A DNA stretch of 64,000 nt from an uncultured Collinsella sp. (GTDB lineage: Bacteria > Actinomycetota > Coriobacteriia > Coriobacteriales > Coriobacteriaceae): positions 28,706 through 92,705 of the forward strand of contig CBCSNG010000005.1 of assembly GCA_965141635.1 (NCBI GenBank), read 5' to 3'. Positions 11,151 through 20,241 of this stretch are shown piece by piece. Positions within the stretch are counted from its first letter, which is position 1, and the number at the start of each line of letters is the position of its first letter. The notes under the pieces were generated by a model. The model saw only the letters and a list, made by a program, of their open reading frames with translations, ran no database searches and was not told the DNA's origin. The position numbers and the translations under genes were made by a program.

Positions 11151-11308
11151 CATGCCGCGATCGCCTGTGGCGAACGTTACCGTATCAACATTTCGTGTCG
11201 AGGATGTAATCGCGAACCCCGCCACCTCAACATGGCGCACTCGTTGTAAACTATTGGAATGATTGCTCCCACGAGATGGTGCCGTGAGCACCAGATAAGG
11301 AGATTCTT

Positions 11309-11665
11309 GTGTCTGAGACCATTAACGGCAGCCTGAGCGTCTCGAACGACGTTATTGCCGATATTGCCGGTTATGCCGCGATGACGTGCTATGGCGTCGT
11401 CGGTATGGCCGAGCAGCTCCAGGGCGCCGAGAGCGTGCGCTTGCTTGCCGGTCAGCGCCTTCGCAAGGGCGTGCTTGTCTCCGCCGACGAGAACGGCCTT
11501 ACGGTCGATCTTCACGTCGTGCTCGAGAACGGCGTCAACATGAAGTCCGTTTGCCACAATCTTTCGAGCTCCGTTGCCTTCACCCTGCAGGAGATCGCCC
11601 AGATCGATCCTGCCAGCCTTAAGATCGGCATCCACATCGACGCGCTCAAGAGCCGTCTGAACTAG
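11309..11665 (+). CDS. Asp23/Gls24 family protein
   Basis: GSLSVSNDVIADIAGYAAMTCYGVVGM...RKGV pattern; immediately upstream of a DAK2 gene. Confidence 0.9.
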   Translation: MSETINGSLSVSNDVIADIAGYAAMTCYGVVGMAEQLQGAESVRLLAGQRLRKGVLVSADENGLTVDLHVVLENGVNMKSVCHNLSSSVAFTLQEIAQIDPASLKIGIHIDALKSRLN

Positions 11666-11692
11666 CATCCGAAAACGGAGATTCAAATACCC

Positions 11693-13354
11693 ATGATTGC
11701 AAAGACCATTCGCACCTGTTTTCCGATCGCTGCGGCTGCCGTTTCCGACAAGGCCGAGGAGATCAACAAGCTCAACGTCTTCCCCGTACCCGACGGCGAC
11801 ACCGGCACAAACATGTCGCTCACGCTTGCCTCGGTGACCAAGGAGCTTTCCGCCCTTCCCGCCGATGCCGATATGGAGGCCATCGCCGGCGCCATCACCC
11901 ACGGATCCCTGATGGGTGCCCGCGGCAACTCCGGCGTCATCACCTCGCAGATCCTGCGCGGCGTGGCCGAGGGCCTCGTCTCTGCCGACGAGCCCATCAC
12001 GTCTGCCAACATCGCTTTCGCCTTCCGTCGCGCCGTCAAGGTCGCCTTCCAGGCTGTCCGTAAGCCCATCGAGGGCACGATTCTCACGGTCCTGCGAGAT
12101 GTCTCGACCAAGGCCGACGAGTGCGAAAAGAAGAAGTTCTCGGCCGAGGACGCGCTCGATGCCATCGTCGTCGAGGCCTACCAGTCCGTCGCCCGCACGC
12201 CCGACCTGCTGCCCGTTCTGAAGGAGAACGGCGTGGTCGACTCCGGCGCCTTTGGCTTTGCCATCTTCCTGGAGAACTTTGTTGCCGCCGCGCTTGGCCG
12301 CAGCACCGTTGTCGAGGATTTCTCCGCCACGTTTGATTCAGCCGGCTCTGCCCGCGACGCGGCCCTTGGTCGCGTTGAGATCGAGGCCAACGACGACTGG
12401 GAGGGCTCGGAGTTCCGCTACTGCAACGAGTTCCTCTTTAAGGCCGACGCCCCGTTTGACGAGGACGAGTGCCTTAAGTTCCTGGGCTCCATGGGCGACT
12501 GCGAGCTGCTCGTGGGTGCCTACCCCGACTACAAGATTCACGTGCACTCCAACACGCCTAACCTGGTGCTCGAGCACATGCTGCAGCTTGGTCAGATCTA
12601 CGAGGTCTTTATCCACAACATGGAGATGGAGGCCCACGACCGTACCGCCAAGATTCACGAGGACCAGGAAAAGGCCGCTGAGCCTGCCAAGGCGTTGGGC
12701 TTTGTCGCCGTTGCCGCCGGTTCGGGCGAGGCCGACATCCTCAAGTCCCTCGGCGTTGACGTGATTGTCTCCGGTGGCCAGACCATGAACCCCTCGACTG
12801 CCGACCTGCTGGGCGCCGTCGACCAGGTCAACGCGACCTCGGTCATCATCCTGCCCAATAACGGCAACATCCGCATGGCTGCCGAGGCTGCCGCTTCTGC
12901 TTGCACCGACAAGAAGGTCTCCGTCGTTCCCACCAAGACCGTCCCGCAGGCGTTCTCTGCGCTGTTCGCAGTCCTGCCCGATTCCGAGCTCGAGGACGCC
13001 GTCGCCGCCATGGTCGACGCCATCAGCGAGGTTCGGGATGGCGAGGTCACCCGTGCCGTGCGCGATTCCAGCGCCTCTGACGGCTCTCCAATTCACTCCG
13101 GTGACGTCATGGGTATCATTGCCGGCTCCATCGACGTGGTCGGCTCCGATGTGAAACAGGTCACGCTCGACTGCATCAACCGCATGCAGGAGGAAGAGGA
13201 GGGCGACGCGCTGACGATTCTGGCCGGCGAGGAGCTGTCCGATGAGGCCTTCCAGGAGATCGTCGACGCCATCGAGGAGGCTCAGCCCGACCTGGAGATT
13301 GACGCCCATCGTGGTGAGCAGCCGCTCTATCCCGTGATCTTCTCGATCGAGTAG
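11693..13354 (+). CDS. DAK2-domain fatty acid kinase subunit A (FakA/YloV-like)
   Basis: INKLNVFPVPDGDTGTNM, GARGNSG, VVDSG, GGQTMNPST motifs. Confidence 0.95.
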   Translation: MIAKTIRTCFPIAAAAVSDKAEEINKLNVFPVPDGDTGTNMSLTLASVTKELSALPADADMEAIAGAITHGSLMGARGNSGVITSQILRGVAEGLVSADEPITSANIAFAFRRAVKVAFQAVRKPIEGTILTVLRDVSTKADECEKKKFSAEDALDAIVVEAYQSVARTPDLLPVLKENGVVDSGAFGFAIFLENFVAAALGRSTVVEDFSATFDSAGSARDAALGRVEIEANDDWEGSEFRYCNEFLFKADAPFDEDECLKFLGSMGDCELLVGAYPDYKIHVHSNTPNLVLEHMLQLGQIYEVFIHNMEMEAHDRTAKIHEDQEKAAEPAKALGFVAVAAGSGEADILKSLGVDVIVSGGQTMNPSTADLLGAVDQVNATSVIILPNNGNIRMAAEAAASACTDKKVSVVPTKTVPQAFSALFAVLPDSELEDAVAAMVDAISEVRDGEVTRAVRDSSASDGSPIHSGDVMGIIAGSIDVVGSDVKQVTLDCINRMQEEEEGDALTILAGEELSDEAFQEIVDAIEEAQPDLEIDAHRGEQPLYPVIFSIE

Positions 13355-13364
13355 GCATCTACCC

Positions 13365-15542
13365 ATGTCCGAGCCGTGCTCCGTGCCGCGCGTCTCGGAG
13401 CGCTTTGCCCAGAGCAATGCGCTCGACGAGGATATCGCGCGACTCAAATATGTTTCGGGTAAACGTGAGGAGGCCCTTCGCCGTCTGGGAATTCGGACGG
13501 TGGGGGACCTCCTCCTCCATATCCCTCACCGATATCTCGACTTCACGCGCTCCTGGTCTATCGAGATGGCGCCCATCGGTACCGTGTGCACGATAGTCGC
13601 CACGGTCGATCGCATTGTTCAAAAGCAGCCTCGCCCGCGTATGCAGGTGACCGAGGTCTCGCTGGTGGACGAGACGGGCGTGCTGCAAGTCGCCTTTTTC
13701 CGTCAGCCATGGATTGCCCAGCAGTTTAAGCAGGGAGACCGCCTGGCCGTGATGGGTAAGGTCGAGTTTGCCTACGGCTTTAAGCAAATGGCCTCTCCGC
13801 ATTTCGAAAAGCTCGAGGGTGGGCGTGCCGCGGGCACCATTCTGCCGGTCCATTACGTGAGCGATGGGGTGAGCCAGGCGTGGATGCGCCGCATCGTTAG
13901 CGGTGCGCTTGAGGTTGTCGGCAATCCCTTCGATCCGATTCCTGCACGCTTGCGCGTCAAGCGCCGCCTGATGAGTAATGCCCGTGCGCTGCGTTCAATT
14001 CATTTTCCATCGAGTATGGCCGAGCGGGATATCGCGCGACGTCGCCTTGCCTACGAGGAGTGCCTCTACCTTCAGCTGGCGCTGCGCCTGCGCAACGACG
14101 GCGGCTTGGTCGAAGTCGCTCCCTACGCCCACGCCGCGGGCGAGCACCTGGCGGCGCTCAAGGAAGCCCTGCCGTTTTCGTTGAGCGACGAGCAGGAGGC
14201 CGCGTTCAAAGACATCCTGCACGACATGTGCGATGGCGGGCGCGTGATGAACCGCCTGCTTCTGGGCGACGTCGGTACCGGCAAGACGGCCGTCGCCGCC
14301 TGCGCGCTGGCTGTCGCGGCCGATTCGGGCACTCAGTCCTGCGTTATGGCGCCTACGGGCGTGCTGGCGCGCCAATATGCCGATAAGACCGGCCCCTTGC
14401 TCTCCCAGGCTGGCATGTCTTGGGCGCTCCTGACGGGTGCCACGCCGGCGGCCGAGCGCGAGCAGATCCATGCGCAGCTGGAATCGGGCGAGCTCGACGT
14501 CCTCTTTGGAACCCACGCGGTCCTTTCGGACAACGTGGCGTTTAAGCATCTGTCGCTTGTCGTCATCGACGAGCAGCACCGCTTTGGTGTGGGCCAGCGC
14601 AATGCTCTGCGTGCCAAGGGCCCGGGTGCCGACCTTCTCGTTATGACGGCCACGCCGATCCCGCGCACGTTGGCGCTCTCGGTCTACGGCGACCTGGACA
14701 CGAGCATCATCCGCCATCGACCTGTTCCGGGGGCGGGCGTTACGACGCGCGTGCTCACCGAGTCGAGCCGCGACCTTGCCTACGGCGCCATCCGCGAGGC
14801 GTATGAAAAGGGCCAGCAGGCTTACGTGATCTGCCCGCTTGTGGAGCCGAGTGACTCGGCCGATGAGCTGGAAGACGTACCCGGTATCGCCCGCGACGAC
14901 GAGGGCCGCGTGACCGTGCCTGTACCGCTCCACGATACGGCAACCGAGCTCGAACGACTGCGTCTGGCCCTGCCGGGACTTACCATCGAACGCCTTCACG
15001 GCCGCATGTCGGCGGGGGAGAAGGACCGCGTGATTGATGCCTTCAAGCGCGGAGAGATCGACGTGCTCGTATCGACCACGGTGGTCGAGGTGGGCGTCGA
15101 CGTGCCCAACGCCACCGTCATGGTCATCGAGAACGGTGAGCGCTTTGGCTTGGCGGCCCTGCACCAGTTGCGCGGTCGCGTGGGCCGCGGCAGCGTGTCG
15201 GGCACCTGCCTGGTCATGACGCACTCCAAGGGCAACGGCGGCGCATCCGCGGCGCAAGACCGTCTCCAGTCGCTCGAAAAGACCTCGGATGGCTTTACGC
15301 TCGCCCAGATGGACCTGCGTCTGCGCCACGAGGGCGAGATCCTGGGCTACCGTCAGCATGGCGGTGTGACCCTGCGCTTTGTGGACCTGGACGCCGACGA
15401 GGATCTTATCGAATGGGCCCATTTGGACGCGGTCGAGCTCTTGCGGTATGCTTGCAACCTTGACTCCGTGGCGACGCGTCCCTTGCGCGACGCGGTCGCC
15501 ACGCGTTATCGACATATCTTTAAGGAGGTCAGCGGAGGATGA
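13365..15542 (+). CDS. recG: ATP-dependent DNA helicase RecG
   Basis: GDVGTGKT, DEQHRFG, MTATPIPRTL, LHQLRGRVGRG motifs. Confidence 0.98.
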   Translation: MSEPCSVPRVSERFAQSNALDEDIARLKYVSGKREEALRRLGIRTVGDLLLHIPHRYLDFTRSWSIEMAPIGTVCTIVATVDRIVQKQPRPRMQVTEVSLVDETGVLQVAFFRQPWIAQQFKQGDRLAVMGKVEFAYGFKQMASPHFEKLEGGRAAGTILPVHYVSDGVSQAWMRRIVSGALEVVGNPFDPIPARLRVKRRLMSNARALRSIHFPSSMAERDIARRRLAYEECLYLQLALRLRNDGGLVEVAPYAHAAGEHLAALKEALPFSLSDEQEAAFKDILHDMCDGGRVMNRLLLGDVGTGKTAVAACALAVAADSGTQSCVMAPTGVLARQYADKTGPLLSQAGMSWALLTGATPAAEREQIHAQLESGELDVLFGTHAVLSDNVAFKHLSLVVIDEQHRFGVGQRNALRAKGPGADLLVMTATPIPRTLALSVYGDLDTSIIRHRPVPGAGVTTRVLTESSRDLAYGAIREAYEKGQQAYVICPLVEPSDSADELEDVPGIARDDEGRVTVPVPLHDTATELERLRLALPGLTIERLHGRMSAGEKDRVIDAFKRGEIDVLVSTTVVEVGVDVPNATVMVIENGERFGLAALHQLRGRVGRGSVSGTCLVMTHSKGNGGASAAQDRLQSLEKTSDGFTLAQMDLRLRHEGEILGYRQHGGVTLRFVDLDADEDLIEWAHLDAVELLRYACNLDSVATRPLRDAVATRYRHIFKEVSGG

Positions 15543-16183
15543 GAATCATCGGCGGTGAATGGCGCGGCCGCAAGATCGAAGAGCCGCGTGGGCGCGATGT
15601 CACCCGTCCCACGACCGATCGCGTGCGCGAGGCATGTGCATCCATGGTCATGTCGGCGTTCGACTTCGATTTGGACGAGGTCCGCGTGCTGGACGCCTTT
15701 GGCGGCTCCGGCGCCCTGGGAATCGAGATGCTCTCGCGTGGCGCCCGCTGGCTCACCACGTTCGAGATCGATCGCAATGCCGCCCGTCTGATCACCAAGA
15801 ATATCGAGTCGCTGTGCCGCGACCGCTCGCGTTGGCGTGTCGTTACCGGCGATGTGTTGGCGGGCGCCTCGCGCGGCCGTGTGCCGGGTGGTCCCTTTGA
15901 CCTGATCTTGCTCGACCCGCCCTATGCCTTTGGCGCCGAGCCGGTCGAGGAGCTGCTGCAAAATCTTTCCCAGCAGGGACTGCTGGCGCCCGGGGCCTTT
16001 GCCCTTTTTGAGCATGCCGCAGCCGATGCAGGTGCTCATCCGGCTTGTTTTAAGACCGTGCGAGAGAAGCGCTACGGCATTACCTCGGTTGACTTGCTGC
16101 GCTGGGTGGCCGAGGACGAGAACGACCATGCTGACGAGAACGAAAATGACGAGGATGTGCCTTCGGAGGACACCCATGAATGA
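15539..16183 (+). CDS. rsmD: 16S rRNA m2G966 methyltransferase
   Basis: MRIIGG...RPTTDRVRE, LDAFGGSGALG, DPPY motifs. Confidence 0.95.
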   Translation: MRIIGGEWRGRKIEEPRGRDVTRPTTDRVREACASMVMSAFDFDLDEVRVLDAFGGSGALGIEMLSRGARWLTTFEIDRNAARLITKNIESLCRDRSRWRVVTGDVLAGASRGRVPGGPFDLILLDPPYAFGAEPVEELLQNLSQQGLLAPGAFALFEHAAADAGAHPACFKTVREKRYGITSVDLLRWVAEDENDHADENENDEDVPSEDTHE

Positions 16184-16673
16184 CACCATCAACCGCGTAA
16201 TCGTCCCGGGCACCTTCGATCCCATCACCTTTGGCCATATCGACGTGATCCGCCGAGCTCGCCGTATCTTTCCCAGCGTGATCGTCGCCGTGGCCGAATC
16301 GCAGGGTAAAAACGGCGTGGGTACCACCTTTATGCTCGACGAGCGCGTGGCGCTGGCCCGCGAGGCCCTCGGCGATTTGGACGGCGTCGAGGTACTGCCC
16401 TTCACCGGCCTGCTGGTCGACTTTGCACGTGAACAGAGGGCGGGTGCCGTCGTTAAGGGTCTGCGCGCCATGACCGACTTTGAGTACGAGTTGCAGCAGG
16501 CCGACCTCAACTATCGCCTGGATAGCGAGCTGGAGTCCATCTTTGTCATGAGTGCTCCGCAGTACGGCTATATCTCGAGTTCGGTGGTGCGTCAGATCGC
16601 GTCGCTTGGCAGCGACGTGTCGACGTTTGTGCCGCCCAACGTGGTCGAAGCACTCAAACATCGCTTTTCGTGA
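16176..16673 (+). CDS. coaD: Phosphopantetheine adenylyltransferase
   Basis: PGTFDPITFGH, KGLRAMTDFEYE, ISSSVVR. ATG 16176 follows GGAGG. Confidence 0.97.
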   Translation: MNDTINRVIVPGTFDPITFGHIDVIRRARRIFPSVIVAVAESQGKNGVGTTFMLDERVALAREALGDLDGVEVLPFTGLLVDFAREQRAGAVVKGLRAMTDFEYELQQADLNYRLDSELESIFVMSAPQYGYISSSVVRQIASLGSDVSTFVPPNVVEALKHRFS

Positions 16674-16741
16674 CGTTTTTTATTGCCTGGTGGCATGTGG
16701 TAAACTAACACGATGATATGTTACCTATGAAAGGAGACCGG

Positions 16742-17239
16742 ATGCCGGGCGAGAATTTTCCTGGCGACAGGATCGTGAGTCTTGTCGACGAGCTCGAGGG
16801 GCTCATCGAAGAGGCTAAGACGCCGTTCGGCAAGAACGCCCAGATGAAGGTTATCGACGCCGACGTCTTCTTTAACATCCTCGATGAGATCCGCATGAGC
16901 TATCCCGAGGAGTGGCAGAAGTCCCGCCGTATCCTCAAAGAGCGCGAGGAGCTTATGGCCTCCGCCGCCGCTCAGGCCGATTCCATCATTGCCGATGCTC
17001 AGCAGCAGGCGCTCACCATTGCCGGTGAGCAGGAGATCGTCCGCTTAGCCCAGCAGCAGGCCGACGACATCCGCGACCGTGCCCAGCAGTACGAGCGCGA
17101 GACGCGTTATGCCGCCGAGGATTACGCCGAGCAGGTCTTTACGCACCTCGAGGAGAACCTTAAGAGTCTGACCGGCACCGTCACTCGTTGCCGTCAGCAG
17201 CTCAACGAGGGCGCCGCCCAGCAGAACGGTCAGTGGTAA
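16742..17239 (+). CDS. DivIVA-like coiled-coil protein (SepIVA/Rv2927c-like)
   Basis: Coiled-coil Ala/Gln/Glu-rich sequence at the conserved coaD-yceD position; AAGGAG before ATG 16742. Confidence 0.75.
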   Translation: MPGENFPGDRIVSLVDELEGLIEEAKTPFGKNAQMKVIDADVFFNILDEIRMSYPEEWQKSRRILKEREELMASAAAQADSIIADAQQQALTIAGEQEIVRLAQQQADDIRDRAQQYERETRYAAEDYAEQVFTHLEENLKSLTGTVTRCRQQLNEGAAQQNGQW

Positions 17240-17793
17240 TGGCTGAGTTCCCGAGCGTAACCGTCGATCTTTCCGAGCAGCTCGAGTTTCCCGGAGACTC
17301 TTATCCGCTGACCGGCAAGGTCGATGTCGCCACCTACACGGTGGGCGAGAAGGAGTACCAGCTGCAGGACGGCATTTCCTACGACGTGGTCTTTACCAAC
17401 GCCGGTACCGGTGTTCTGCTTTCGGGCATGGTCCGCGCTCACGCCACCGGCGAGTGCGATCGCTGCCTGGAGCCCGCATCGTTTGATATCGCAGGCGAGA
17501 TCGAGGAGTTCTACCTCTTTAACGAGCCCGAGGACCCCGAGGCCTACGAAGACGGCTACGAGTTGCTGGGCGAGGACCGCATCGTCGATCTGGGCGAGCC
17601 CATCAACGATGCGGTCGTCATGGACACGCCGTTCGTCGTCCTGTGCAAGCCCGATTGCCGCGGTCTTTGCCCCACCTGCGGCATCAATCTCAACGTCGAG
17701 CAATGCGATTGCGCCGCCAAGGCGGAGGCCGAATGGGCCGCTGCCACGGAAAATCCATTTGCAGCATTGAAGAATCTCAAGCTTGACGAGTAA
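17239..17793 (+). CDS. YceD/DUF177 family protein
   Basis: CDRCL, LCKPDCRGLCPTCG and NPFAALK motifs; upstream of rpmF. Confidence 0.93.
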   Translation: MAEFPSVTVDLSEQLEFPGDSYPLTGKVDVATYTVGEKEYQLQDGISYDVVFTNAGTGVLLSGMVRAHATGECDRCLEPASFDIAGEIEEFYLFNEPEDPEAYEDGYELLGEDRIVDLGEPINDAVVMDTPFVVLCKPDCRGLCPTCGINLNVEQCDCAAKAEAEWAAATENPFAALKNLKLDE

Positions 17794-17857
17794 AACTGTG
17801 GTAGTATCGCTACTTGCGCGTAATCGCCACACTGGATAGTTCATAAGGAAGGTCACT

Positions 17858-18037
17858 ATGCCCGTACCTAAACAAAAGCAGGGTCGTATCCGCACCCATA
17901 CCCGTCGTTCCGCCAACATGAAGATCTCGGCTGCGGCTCAGTCCACGTGCCCCCGTTGCGGCGCTGTTAAGCTCCCGCACCACGTGTGCCCCAGCTGCGG
18001 TTTCTACAAGGACCGCGAGGTTATCGTTACCGAGTAA
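17858..18037 (+). CDS. rpmF: 50S ribosomal protein L32 (59 aa, not in ORF track)
   Basis: My translation: MPVPKQKQGRIRTHTRRS...CPRCG...HHVCPSCGFYK; AAGGAAGG RBS. Confidence 0.97.
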   Translation: MPVPKQKQGRIRTHTRRSANMKISAAAQSTCPRCGAVKLPHHVCPSCGFYKDREVIVTE

Positions 18038-18077
18038 CTGTATACTCTGGATACGATGCCGTTCCAACTGGAACCAC

Positions 18078-18107
18078 AATGGCCGGCTCAATGAGTCGGC
18101 CATTTTT
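18078..18107 (+). terminator. Intrinsic terminator after rpmF
   Basis: aatggccggctc...gagtcggccatt followed by T run. Confidence 0.75.
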
Positions 18108-18125
18108 GTATAAGGAGCATATGAA

Positions 18126-19145
18126 ATGAGTAACGTTCGCGTTTGTGTAGACGTTGTGGGCGGAGACGAGAAGCCCCAGGTTGTTCTCGATGGTATCGAG
18201 GCTGCGCTTGCGGCAGATTCCGAGATCGAGATTTTGGCCGTCGGTCCCGCCGAAATCGTCAACCCCTTTGCCGCAGCGCATGCCCGCGTGGAGGCCTTGG
18301 AAGCCCCCGACGTCATCAGCATGGAGGACGATCCCATCCGCGCTGTGATGACCAAGCGCAAGTCCTCGATCGTGCTTGCATGTCGTGCCATTAAGAAGGG
18401 CAATGCGGACGCGTTTTTCTCGGCCGGCTCGACCGGTGCCATGACCGCTGCCGCCACGGCCTACGTCACGCCGTTTAGGTATTTGGCAGAGGGCAAGAAG
18501 CAGCCGGTCCGTCCGTGCTTGACCAACGCACTGCCCAATCGTGCCGGTGGCCTGACGGTGCTGTGCGATATGGGCGCCAATCCCGATGTCACGGTGGACG
18601 ATATGGTGCGCTTCGCCCAGATGGGTGCTGCCTATGCCCGCGTGGTTTTGGGCATCGAGCATCCTCGCGTGGGCCTGCTTGCCAACGGCACCGAGGACGA
18701 GAAGGGCTCCAACTTCACCAAGTCGTGCTTCCCGGCCATGAAGGCCGCTGTTCCCGGCTTTGTGGGCAACTGCGAGGGCACCGATCTTACGTCGGGTAAT
18801 TTTGACGTCGTGGTCGCCGATGGCATGTCGGGCAACATCGCGCTCAAGGCCACCGAGGGCGCTGCCAAGTTTTTGCTTCAGGAGCTCAAGGGTGCCTTCA
18901 TGTCCTCGCTCGGCACCAAGATCGCCGCGCTGCTCATTAAAAAGCAGATGCGCCAGATTAAGGCTAAGCTTTCGGGCGATGCCAAGGGCGGTGCGATCCT
19001 GCTGGGCCTGCGCGGCGTCGTGTTGATCGGCCACGGTGCTACGTCAGTCGAGGCCGTCAAGAACGGTACGCTTGCCGCGGCTCAGGCCGTGCACGTCGGG
19101 CTTGTCCAGGACGTTGCCAATTCCATGGACGGTATCGTTTTGTAA
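18126..19145 (+). CDS. plsX: Phosphate acyltransferase PlsX
   Basis: VDVVGGD, SAGSTGA, DMGAN, GTEDEKG, GNIALKATEG, IGHG motifs. Confidence 0.96.
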   Translation: MSNVRVCVDVVGGDEKPQVVLDGIEAALAADSEIEILAVGPAEIVNPFAAAHARVEALEAPDVISMEDDPIRAVMTKRKSSIVLACRAIKKGNADAFFSAGSTGAMTAAATAYVTPFRYLAEGKKQPVRPCLTNALPNRAGGLTVLCDMGANPDVTVDDMVRFAQMGAAYARVVLGIEHPRVGLLANGTEDEKGSNFTKSCFPAMKAAVPGFVGNCEGTDLTSGNFDVVVADGMSGNIALKATEGAAKFLLQELKGAFMSSLGTKIAALLIKKQMRQIKAKLSGDAKGGAILLGLRGVVLIGHGATSVEAVKNGTLAAAQAVHVGLVQDVANSMDGIVL

Positions 19146-19259
19146 GAGCCCCGTTACGTGGCTCAACCTGTACCGTGTGGGGTAGAATCGGAGCCGTATT
19201 GCAACGCGGCTTCGATTGCCGTGTTGTGTTGTGTTCCATGACATACGAGAGGAAGCGCT

Positions 19260-19502
19260 ATGGACCGCTCCGAAATCTTCGATAAGATCGCCGAAATTGC
19301 CGCTGACGTGCTGGGCGTCGATGTCGCCGACATTAGCGACGAGACCACTTTTGACGATCTCGATGCCGATTCGCTCGAGCGTCTGCAGCTGGTGACGGCC
19401 ATCGAGGACGAGTTCGACCTCGAAATCGATGACGAGACCCTGCTGTCGCTCAACTCTGTCGCCGACGCCGTCGACGCGATCGAAAACGCCAAGGAGGCCT
19501 AA
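19260..19502 (+). CDS. acpP: Acyl carrier protein
   Basis: 80 aa, acidic, with DADSL phosphopantetheine site. Confidence 0.96.
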   Translation: MDRSEIFDKIAEIAADVLGVDVADISDETTFDDLDADSLERLQLVTAIEDEFDLEIDDETLLSLNSVADAVDAIENAKEA

Positions 19503-19505
19503 GTC

Positions 19506-20231
19506 TTGGCTTTGTCTGAACGACTCACGCGCGCCCAGGAGATTCTGGGCCATGAGTTCAATAACAAGGTGCTGCTGCGCGCGGCGCTCACGCATCCCTC
19601 GGCCGTCGAGGGTCAGCCGGTCTCTGCCAGCTATGAGCGCCTTGAGTTTTTGGGCGATTCCATTTTGGGCGCCGTGGTGGCCCGTTCGCTCTTTGAGTCC
19701 TATCCCGAGTTTGACGAGGGCAAGCTCACGCGGCTGAAGGTATCCCTAGTCTCGGGCGCCACGCTGTCCGAGGTGTCGCACGAGCTGGGTATCGACGACA
19801 TCATCATCTTTGGCGCCTCCGAGACCGGTACCGGCGCGCGCGGCCTGCACTCGGCGCTTGAGAACGTTTACGAGTCGCTCGTGGGCGCGTTGTATCTGGA
19901 TGCCGGTTGGGATGCGGCGGCGGAGTTCATCCACCGTACGCTTAAGCCGCACCTGGCCACCGAGCGTGCCGAGCACCCCGCGAACCCCAAGTCGTTCTTG
20001 CAGGAGTGCGTGCAGGCAGACGGCCACGAGCCTCCCGCGTATAAGCTGGTCGGCTCCGAGGGCCCCGCACATGCGCCCACCTTTACCGCTGTGGTGCTCA
20101 TCGACGGTATTCGCCAGGGCCGCGGCACCGGTTCCTCCAAGAAGGAGGCCGAGGGGGCCGCTGCACTCGAGGCGCTCGACCGCATGGGCTACACCACCAA
20201 CGGCGTGATTCTTAACAAGAAGCCTGTTTAA
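19506..20231 (+). CDS. rnc: Ribonuclease III
   Basis: ERLEFLGDS signature plus C-terminal dsRBD (NPKSFLQE...SKKEAE). Confidence 0.98.
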   Translation: MALSERLTRAQEILGHEFNNKVLLRAALTHPSAVEGQPVSASYERLEFLGDSILGAVVARSLFESYPEFDEGKLTRLKVSLVSGATLSEVSHELGIDDIIIFGASETGTGARGLHSALENVYESLVGALYLDAGWDAAAEFIHRTLKPHLATERAEHPANPKSFLQECVQADGHEPPAYKLVGSEGPAHAPTFTAVVLIDGIRQGRGTGSSKKEAEGAAALEALDRMGYTTNGVILNKKPV

Positions 20232-20241
20232 GCGAGGAACC

